From Paragordius varius (taxonomy: Eukaryota > Animalia > Nematomorpha): DNA of 64,000 nucleotides. Where the stretch lies: NCBI GenBank assembly GCA_964247055.1, contig OZ176054.1, positions 7,564,001 to 7,628,000 on the forward strand. The letters run 5' to 3'. The translations under genes and the position numbers were made by a program. Of this stretch, positions 55,201-64,000 are shown in pieces. The notes under the pieces were generated by a model. The model was not told the origin of the DNA. It worked only from the letters and a program-made list of their open reading frames with translations, and made no database searches. Every line of letters begins with the position of its first letter. The stretch's first letter is position 1.

Positions 55201-56773
55201 GCATTCAATGGTTTCTTGATATGCGGGGTTGTGGGGTTATTGATTATATTACTGCAATTATTGTCATTATTTGCCATATTCCCTGTATCAAGTGTTGTAT
55301 TATTAAGGTTGTAATCTAGACCAGTTTGGTGCATAGCTAAATTTTTACCCCGTTTATTGTACTTTTTGCGTTTTAATCCGCCACCACCACCCGTGGTTGC
55401 AGCAGACATATAAGAGGGAGACACCATATTTAAATCCCCGCTAAAGTGATAATTTTCTTCTCCTGTGCACATTTTGTCTTTGGAATTACCCATTGGGTTA
55501 TTATTGTTATCATTATTATTGGTTATCACAGAATTTGGATTATTGGGGTGAAATCCGTTTGTAAGATAATAGGAAGAGGGGTGATTATACATGTACATAT
55601 TTTTAGCGTTCATTGAATTACCATTATTATTTCCGTGAGGATTAGAGGGTTGGAGAATTTGTTTTTGTTGTTTCTTATGTTCAGTTGGACTTATATGTGA
55701 ACTATTAATATTATTAATATTTTGTGGGTAGTTATGAGCACCAGGTCCATATGCCAGTGTATTGATTTTATTTTTGCTCGGGATATTTCTATTATATGGG
55801 CTTGATGCCCAATCTATTATGTAAACATATAAAAATATTCCAGTTAAAAATATAATGTTTGTGATCCAATTAAGATATAAAAGTGCACAATATTCAAGTG
55901 AAAAAAAACCCTTTCAATTCAAATAGAATGACATTATGTTAACATTAACAGTTTTGACAAGCTATTTTACCTAACCTTACTTTCATATATTTTTATGCAA
56001 CGATTTTACTGTTATTTACTGGTAAAAAAACTTATGAAAATTTAGATTATGGAAAAACTTATAAACATTATGTCATAATATAATTTTGATATATTGCATA
56101 CAAACCTTTTGGAACTTGAGTTTTAGAAACGTCGTTGGATGTGGAACAGTTTTGATCTAAAACGGCGTCAAGGCCCAAAGATGCTGCAGCCGAGGGAAAC
56201 ATATTGGATGACCTGGATAAAATGAATAATATATAGAGTTTATGGTAATTTACAATATAATACAATTTTAAATATTGGATATTGTGAAATGGGTTATGCG
56301 TTTGTTCGAGCTAACTTATATTATAAAATAAATTAAAAGGTTGCGCTAAAAATAGTCAATAAATATTTATAATGAAATTTTTACGTTTTTTTAAAATTAT
56401 ATTCCATATCTATAAGTAGATTCGAAAATACGTTTCGTAAAATATTAACAATTCGACATTTTTGTGTATTAATAGTAAAAATTTGCATAATTCCAATCAA
56501 TGACATATTTTTAATCAAATGCAAATCAATAATTTTTGCATGATGCTCTGACTGCCTACATACATATTTTTATAAGGGAATTTAAGCCAAATATAGAATG
56601 CACACACATATTTATTTTTTAATTACCAATTTTTGGAATGAAAGCTAAATGGTGACATAAGTTTAAAAAAACACTTAAAATTATTAAAAAAAAGTCTAGT
56701 AGATGTAATGATTTCTTAAAATATTTATTTTGATATTGAAAAGAATTTTCAAATCCTTCATTTAAAATTTTCT

Positions 56774-56822
<49 letters not shown>

Positions 56823-57124
56823 GATCAAGTTGGCCATGATTTTAATTTCAAACTTGTGTGATTGGGGATTGCTATAATCATGTCCTTTGATTGACACCGG
56901 TGGCATAAAAGCTGCAGGTGAAAACGGTGATGATGGTTTTAATGGAGACATTGGACTAAATCTGAAAAATATCACATATGTGAGAAGATTGGTTAATATA
57001 CAATAGCATTTAAAATTTAGCTTTATTTAATAACAAATCTGTTAATTTTGCATTATATAATTTCTATAGTCAAGTTTTATTTGAGAAATTTTGTAACTCC
57101 AGTATAAAAATTGTAGCTTTTTTA

Positions 57125-57166
<42 letters not shown>

Positions 57167-57332
57167 TTTGCTAAATCTGCAGGACTATATGGCATTAGTT
57201 GTGATGAGGGAGAATACGCCATACCTGGCCATTGGCCGACTTTGAAATCGTTTGCGGCGGCATAGAAAGCTGCTTGTTGAGGCGAATACTGATGAGCACC
57301 TGGAAAAGGATATGGAGATATCCTTGGAACCC
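48286..57332 (-). CDS. TCF: TCF/LEF (pangolin-type) HMG-box transcription factor with C-clamp; 7 exons in window, 5'-incomplete, at least 2,042 aa
   Basis: Exons in transcript order: 57332-57167, 56961-56854, 56212-56106, 55813-55107, 54492-53472, 53333-53261, 52231-48286. All junctions are GT-AG with consistent phases. HMG box: [40 protein letters not shown]|[37 protein letters not shown]-clamp: [20 protein letters not shown]|RKKKCIKF. Both junctions sit where vertebrate TCF genes are split. Confidence 0.96.
52571..52688. repeat. Small imperfect inverted repeat built from ~21-bp subunits, in a TCF intron
   Basis: AACGCAACATTTTTT / AAACGCTACATTTTT / AAACACAACATTT on the left, mirrored by AAAGTATTGCGTTTGGC / GAAAGAGTGTTGCTTTTGGC on the right. 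Confidence 0.45.
53261..53333 (-). CDS. TCF: TCF C-clamp exon (73 nt)
   Basis: CATAG|AG ATT TCT GCT TCC AAA AAG TGT CGG GCA CGT TTC ... TGG TGC AAA CCC TGC AG|GTATTA. Confidence 0.95.
53472..54492 (-). CDS. TCF: TCF exon: second half of the HMG box, basic tail and ~290-aa N/S/T-rich linker
   Basis: AAATAG|TGG CAC GGT... at the acceptor and CCC ACA G|GTAAAA at the donor; 1,021 nt. Confidence 0.93.
54703..54930. mobile_element. Degenerate hAT-like 3' terminal remnants in the intron that splits the HMG box
   Basis: CGCGGGACCGCGTTGAACAC (~54,703) and ATGCGGGCCCGCGTAGCC...GTTTTGGACAC (~54,888) are GC islands resembling the reverse complement of the terminus at 42,024. Confidence 0.35.
55107..55813 (-). 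CDS. TCF: TCF exon: N-rich region and first half of the HMG box
   Basis: AATAG|AT TGG GCA TCA... is open to GGG AGA AAG|GTAACC; 707 nt. Confidence 0.92.
56106..56212 (-). CDS. TCF: TCF exon (107 nt)
   Basis: ATCCAG|G TCA TCC AAT ATG TTT CCC ... CCA AAA G|GTTTGT. Phases fit both neighbouring exons. Confidence 0.75.
56777..56819. repeat. (TA)n microsatellite, TCF intron
   Basis: 43-nt perfect run starting 34 nt downstream of the donor at 56,853. Confidence 0.95.
56854..56961 (-). CDS. TCF: TCF exon (108 nt, phase 2-2), [21 protein letters not shown]
   Basis: TTTCAG|A TTT AGT CCA ATG ... CAC AA|GTTTGA. Confidence 0.75.
57127..57165. repeat. (AT)n microsatellite, TCF intron
   Basis: 39-nt perfect run that begins at the T of the GT donor (57,166-57,165). 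Confidence 0.95.
57167..57332 (-). CDS. TCF: Most 5' TCF exon found (166 nt), [41 protein letters not shown]...
   Basis: AAACAG|GG GTT CCA AGG ... GCA AA|GTATAT. P/Y/A-rich, GC-elevated and in phase with the next exon. It needs an upstream phase-1 exon. Confidence 0.72.
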
Positions 57333-59819
57333 CTGTTTGAATGTAAAAATTTATTGATTATTAAAATAAGCGTAAATTTTGGTTAACAAGAGGTTTAATA
57401 GATATATGAGTTGGAAATTGGTCGATTAAAAATAATAGTCCGTATAGTAGGTTGCGCGACCGCCCTCATAATGAACTTTTTTATAACAGTGTCTATAAAC
57501 CAATTAGCTCATGCTGATAATCGTGTACATAAAACTTTTTTATAATGTCCTATTTTTAAATAAAAATCTTTCAAGGTTTATGGAAGCATCCTAATCAACC
57601 AAATATCATTATAATGAAAAAAACGTTTTTTATCTTTTCCAAGCGTAGATTATAATTTTTTTATAGCAATAAAACCTAAATATTATAATAAATTTATGAC
57701 TACCAAAAATATTTAGTCATATATTTTTCAAAAGGGTCGTGATGCGAAAAAGAGCTATGTATTGATTTTATCGGAGTCTTTATGCAGGTAAAACATTTTT
57801 GAGATTTGCCGGTAATATATTTAGCATTATGTTAGAATCCTTAAAAATTATTTCAATTGATCCAACATCTTTTAAAATGCAATTTTTTTCAGCCGACAAT
57901 ATATTGTGAATTATTATACACCGTTGCTTATATGATAATATTTTTTTCAAAAAAAGGCCACTGGCATATGCAATTCGTTTCAACTTTTTTGGATATTACG
58001 TTATTCACAATTCCTTATTTAGCGCAAAAAATTATTCATATTATTAAGAAAAGAAATAATTTTGATTAAAATTATTCCATATTATCAAAAAATGTGCAAG
58101 TATATTTTGAATTTGCATATAAAGGACCTACATCATCCATGTAGGAATAAATAAATATTTAAGTGAAAAAAAATTAATATTTATGATTATACAAATCTAA
58201 CAATTATAAAATTTGTATTACGAATAGTTTAGTTTGCAAAAATTTATAATTTGGTATTAATAGGCATATCATGTACAGTACGTCTTATCTGTATGTGTGA
58301 ATAAAAACGATTAAAAAACGAAGGACCATCTCTTTTAACACAAGGCGCGTGGGCTTTAAGCTGCGCGTGAAATATTTCTAATTTTGTCTTTTGCTTAAGT
58401 CATGAATATTAAATAGCTTTAGAATTTGCTTTTATTGTAGCATATTTTATTTTAGATCTAAATATTCATGATTATAATAATAATATTTAAAGAAAGATAG
58501 TTATAGCGGAAAAAAAGTTAGTTTGAGAGGAATCTGTTTTATTTAACACATTGTTATCAATATCATTAAAATAATTGTTGTTTATAGAATTGTAAAGCAA
58601 CATTTTTCTAGATATATGCGTTTCTATACATCTTAGTGGTTTTTCGTATCTTATTGTTATCATTCAAAAATAAAAAAGACATTAAAAAAACAAATTTGGA
58701 TAACATCATCGTTAAACGCATTATCATGTTATCCCTACACATAAACTGTAATTATTTTTTTTTTAGTTTTTTCCAAAAAAAATAATTATTGTGTCTAATA
58801 ATTTGGATAAAATTAAGAAATAATGTTTATTAATATAATTGTTTAGAAGTAAAATAGTTAAAATGCAAAAAATTTTAGGATAGATTATTCGATAAAATTT
58901 GTATATTTTCAAGTTAATCTTAATTCATTACAAATTATATAGGGTCCAAAAGGCTTAGGTCTGCACAAAATTCATTAATTTAATGTCAAAAATGGATTGA
59001 GGAATGACAAAATATAACGAAGGAAGGAGATGTTTTTCTAACTTTAAACATTTATGTTATCCTATCTTTGATTGTTTTGATGTATCGTGTAAGAACTTTG
59101 GATGTTTCCCGAAATTAATGTTTTCTTTTTCAAATTTATCCTTAGTGTCATGATCCTAGAAAAGGACTCCAAATCGAGAAAATGTTTTTAATCTTTTTTT
59201 GTATTAAAGCAGTGGGTTAATAATACTTTTAAACCATTCAATATAGTTTCATGTGTATATTGTTAACCAATTCTCATCATCTTTTCTTTTATATTTATAA
59301 GCTTAATAATTTTTGATTAAAATTTTGATTAAAAAATTGTCATAGGCAAGAGGAAAAAGGCAAGATAGCATGACGGATTGATATGTAATGAGATGTGGTT
59401 TGACATAAACATCAAAAAATTTTATAACCAAAATATAAAAAAAATGATATGACATATACAAGTCTTATAGAATATTAAATTGTTTTGGGATTAGGTTTTA
59501 GCCAAAAAATGGAGATAATATTTCAATCATCTAAATTATTTTATTCAACATAAGTTCAAAATTTTAAAATAATTTTAATTAGCCTTTTAATTTAATTAAT
59601 AAAAAGGAAGTACATTGTAAAAATATTTTATGATCGCTGAAATGGGTTAGATAATGAAAATAACAATTTTAAATAAAAATCAGATGATCGAATTTTTAAA
59701 GCTATATTCAAAAAAGAATTAACTTTTTATGAGATATAACAACTTAGATAATTTACTTTTGTTCTGCTTCTAAAATAGATTGGTTAAGCCTCGCTTATAT
59801 TATTGTCAGAATCAATATA

Positions 59820-60990
59820 CCAGGTTAAGTCAGAAGTTATTACCGATATTAAGAGAAAAGTTCAGAAAAAACGCAGACGATTCATTGATAAATAACCCTT
59901 CTTGTTCATCTTACATATAACGACAAACAAACACAAGTTGCATTCAAAAAAACTAGCGTCCTATTTTTATATTCAGTTTTGTCGAGTTTTGTGCTTTAAA
60001 AGGAACATTTGCACGCATTATCATCAAAAAAGGTTGTTGAAAGTTGTCGCTTGCTGGCTGAAACATGCGGTAAACATGTTCCAACAATTACACGTGTGAA
60101 ACATGGTTTCAAAATATTTAAAGATGTGAGTTCATGTGAAAGAGTGTGGGTGCTCTAGTATATCACACGATTGCGAAGACGAAGTGCAGGAGTCATTGGA
60201 TGGTGGCTCACCACAAAGTTGACAAGAATGGGAAAAATTATATGTATCCCAAAAAAATAAAGTCAGGAAATGGGTCCCACACAATATGTGAACATAATAT
60301 TGAAAATCGCAAAGTGAATTGTGAAATCCTTCTTCAACGTCGCGAAAATAAATTTTCCAACGAATTAAAATGGGTGATAAGAAATGGTCTTATTTTGTGA
60401 ATCCATACCGAAAAAAATTACGGCATATACATTAAGAAAGCCGGGCCATTAATAGCAGGGCCAAATCGATTCGGCAAGAAGACTATGCTCTGTGATTGGT
60501 GTGATCATAGCTGTATTGTGTATTATGGACTTATGAAACACGATGAAACTATTATGCACAATGGTATCGCCAACAAATGATTAATCAAACCATGCATTAA
60601 AAATATACTTCATAAATCAAAACTAAATTTCTCTTTAAAACCGGAATTGGCCAGTAGGCATGGCAAAAAGATTTTGCTACATGACAATTCTCTGTGTCAA
60701 ATAGCAATGAAAGACGGCTTAAAATCGCTTCCATGGTAATGACCTAACTCCATCTGTGATAGAACGTCGTGTATATGGGGCACACCCTAGCAGAGTAGAA
60801 ATTTTTTTGAAGACGTTGAAAAATGGCTTAACGAATGTTTTCCGCAAAAAACAATCAGTTTTTCTGGCATGGCTTTTGTATATTACCAGAGAGATGTGTG
60901 AAATTTATAAGAGCCGATGTACAATATTTTAATCTTTCAAAACTGCATGTTTTTTCTCAAAAAATGGACTCTAATGACTATACATATATA
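59820..60990 (+). mobile_element. Decayed mariner, Mos1/mauritiana-subfamily-like; transposase remnant ~59,979-60,936
   Basis: TA|CCAGG 5' end. Frameshifted fragments are collinear with Mos1: SSFVL*KEH...ESCRLLAE..KHVPT/TCETWFQ, WVPH...RKVNCEILLQR, GDKKWSYFVNP, PNRFGKKTMLCDWCDHSCIVYYGLMK, LLHDN, DLTPS, MGHTLAE, DVEKWLNECFSAKNNQFFWHGFCILPERC. The 3' TIR is only weakly recognisable at ~60,965-60,990. Confidence 0.9.
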
Positions 60991-63374
60991 AAATTTAAAC
61001 ATGCCAATAAAAAGTCTCATTCATACTTATAAATTATAGTTTACCAAAATATTTGTCACTTTTTGTTAAAAAATGTTTTAAATGAAAAAAATATTTTTAT
61101 ATGGCATATTGCTTATGATTTCAAAGTGATTAAATTGTTTAAAAAAATTTGTGATTATTGCGCATGCACAAATTTAAGCATTTAATTATTTTGATGAACG
61201 GATTACACTTTCATATCTCAAAACATATGCAGCTTTTCAAAAATTTTAATCTTCTTATAAAAATATCAACTGTCATATCAATCTAAATTTTAATGTGTAT
61301 GAGAAAATATATGAAATGTGTCATAAAGAAAATAAAAGAGGTAAAAAATTTATAAAAAAAATAGCAGTAGTACTATACACAATCAAGATGTAAAATACGT
61401 GATGATAACCGTATTTATAATATACAAAAAAATTGCCTCAAAAATATCGATAAAAATTACAACGGACACACAAAAAGATGAAATGATTGCTTGTTTGATA
61501 AAAAAATGGTGAGAAATATAATTTAAATATAAACATAATTTTTTAAATGTTTAAAACAGCGGTAGTGTAAACATTATAATAATTATGAATTATTGATTTA
61601 GATATATAGCACGTAGGTGTAAAACAAGTAAAGTACCGTATCATTTTTTTAGCAAACAAATACTAAAGATGACGACAAATTGACACGGAATTTTATGTAA
61701 AAAATGCCATAAATCGGTACTAAGTCAATTATTTTTTTGTTAAAAATATAAAACTAAAAATCACGCGATTACAGGACGCATAAAATGCTATAATTTGGTA
61801 ATTGATAATTCTGAAAATTATAATCAAAATTGGCACTATAGTTATAGCTTAGAAAATAATTATAATAACTTGGGTTATTAAAACCGCCTAGTAATATTGT
61901 AATATTAACCGCTTCAATAACATATTTAAAATTTGATGTTTTTTACAAGCTTAGCGATACAAATCAATCTTCACCGCAGTCTTTAACATCTATTAATACC
62001 TAAATTTTATGACACATCATGCATGATATGGTGTAAAAGAGATATTTTTGTCCATTAAATATTTTAACATTATCGTAAATTTTATATTTTTTGCCTTTAT
62101 AATGTAACATCTTTTAAATCCATTTTGATGCATCGGATTAGAATCAGATTAAATTACGTGAACAGAATATTAAATTTTTTCCATATAGATTTAATTTCAA
62201 AAATAATCTTACGGCAAAATGAGTACTAATCGAATTCGCATGTTAGTTTTTAATCTAATAATACAATTTGGGCATATCTCATTCTATATATTTTGATAAA
62301 ATCACAAAAAAAGTACACTACGCTAAGTTCAAAATGCTCGTAAATCATGACGAGAATATTTTTTAAAATCATTATTTATGTGTACCTTAAAAACTAAACT
62401 ATCTCTGTATTGGTGGAAAAATATATGGAAAAAAAAATAATTTATGAGTTCGTTTTTTTGGTTTGCTTAATATATGTTAGAGTTTTTAAAGCCGAGCTTT
62501 GGACATAAAATTTAAATCATATGCACCTTAAGAACTTAAACATAAGGAAAAGCGTGCATGTTGTTTGTAGAGGATTGAATTTTTTAGTAGATTATTTAAG
62601 AAAATAAGGTAAAAACTCAATTAAAATTTCAATTATTTTAACTCATTTGATATAGCAGATAGTAGCGCATTTTTTCGCGGATGTTTCGAATTTTTACCAA
62701 ACAATCATAAATTTCAAAATACTAAAATATTTAATATATGGATATACGTGCGTAAACCTACAAATTTCAAGCAATATTATAATAAAAAAAGGTAAACATT
62801 AATTTAGAAACTCCAAAAGAATAAAGAGAATTTTCATACCAGATTTTGGGTCTATGGGCATAGAGGACATATTGTTTTGTTGTCCAAAGTCTTGGTTATA
62901 TAGCATTAACTGGGCCAAAGAATGTGATGGGCGAAATCCCTAAAAATATATCATAAATTAATGAGTATTCATAAAAACATGAATTAACCAAAAACATTTA
63001 TAAAAAAAGTATTTTGTTTTATCAACACTGATTGGCGGTAAATAAATCACCCCCAAACTCGGGTATTTTTTTTCTCCCTAAATGTTATTATGAAAAATAT
63101 TACCATCAAATAAATAGATTACATTTTTGTTATTTAGTTAAATCCAAGGATTAAGCGTAGAACCAACAGCAAGCTACATGATGTGTTTTTAAAGTGTCCA
63201 AAACCAATTTATTTTAATATTTAGTTAGCTACTACTGTATATGTTTTAAACGACAACATACAAACAAAAAAGATCGCAGCAAACCACCAACCAAGCCTTT
63301 TATCAAAAATTACACATTTGTCACAATTGGTGTCGTTCTCTTTCTCATTCTTATTAATATATATAAAATATATC

Positions 63375-63377
<3 letters not shown>

Positions 63378-63405
<28 letters not shown>

Positions 63406-63426
63406 TGACATATTATTATTATTATT
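63378..63426. repeat. Compound microsatellite (AT)n + (TAT)n
   Basis: 28-nt AT run at 63,378-63,405, then TATTATTATTATTATT at 63,411-63,426. Confidence 0.9.
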
Positions 63427-64000
63427 ATATTTATTGTCAAGGGATTATTTTTTATTTATCCTATTTTTTAATTTGTCGTTTTCGTAACAAAAATAGATAA
63501 ATAAATAACTAAATATTTTCTGTGCGTCCAAATTTTTTATTTGCCATGTACAACAAGTAGTAAGTAAGGAGGAAAAAGATTGAAAGAAGAGCTAACCACA
63601 CCACACGTGTCGTCTCAAACAAAAGATATAAATGTAATAAATAAGGAAAATCCTTGTGCTCCTACTCTCAAAGATGTTTTTTTTGTGCTTCAAGAAGATT
63701 TATATTATTTGATTAATAAATAAATGAATTAATATAACTAAAATAAATTAAATTTGGTGTTTTTTGTTTTCTAGCTAGATGTTTTGGTTAAGGGAAAAGC
63801 ATCTCTTAATCTTTTTCAAGTGTGTAGTGTAGTATAAATATTATACATTATTTATATTATGTAAAAAAAACACAACAACTAATTTAATCAATCACAAGTT
63901 AAATGCGTTAACACTAACCACACAAGACAAAATTACTAAAAGACCCGCTCTTGCTGCATACCATATTATATTAAAGACATTTCCTTAGTCTCTCCTAATC

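Noticed and set aside
39663-57332. Assigning the organism to a named lineage (dicyemid, orthonectid, myxozoan, nematomorph)
   Set aside because: Micro-introns, AT-richness and a canonical metazoan TCF are compatible with several reduced or parasitic groups. A phylogeny is required and could not be run.
57780-57983. ORF MKRIAYASGLF... with faint resemblance to the KRxAYG motif of ISL3-type transposases
   Set aside because: The match is about five residues, needs a frameshift to extend, and has no termini or other catalytic motifs.
58321-58375. GC-rich patch with GCGCGTG twice; also GTTGCGCGACCGCCC at ~57,451
   Set aside because: These could be enhancers or TE debris, but nothing in the sequence alone distinguishes them. 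No splice-compatible coding frame links them to TCF.
39484-59092. TCF consensus sites CTTTGAT/ATCAAAG (~39,485, 47,590, 48,126, 56,884, 59,086) as autoregulation
   Set aside because: About five sites in 26 kb is what base composition predicts (rough estimate ~6). One is in coding sequence and none is clustered with clear Helper sites.

Overview
AT-rich animal genomic DNA in two parts. (1) Bases 1 to ~38,055 are one tandem satellite array of 61/62-bp monomers (about 620 copies; the left end lies outside the window). It is organised into variant blocks, multi-kb internal duplications and short higher-order repeats, and it decays progressively towards its right edge. All ORF calls in it are artefacts. 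(2) Bases ~38,055-64,000 hold two convergent genes. One is a complete phosphatidylinositol synthase (CDIPT/PIS, + strand, 231 aa) whose five GT-AG introns are only 23-26 nt long, so the ORF track largely misses it. The other is a 5'-incomplete TCF/LEF (pangolin-type) gene on the - strand, with HMG box and C-clamp, ordinary-to-long introns (138-1,029 nt, plus one of at least 6.6 kb if the 5' exon lies outside the window) and an abnormally large product (at least 2,042 aa, with a 3.9-kb terminal exon). Between the genes are a 3'-truncated, decayed hAT transposon sandwiched between two apparently identical 1,412-bp direct copies, a 1.15-kb foldback element and a MITE. A decayed Mos1-like mariner lies 5' of the TCF exons found. 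The most notable signals are the micro-introns coexisting with long introns, the giant TCF, the hAT-bounded duplication and the layered satellite. All alignments were done by eye and no database searches were run.
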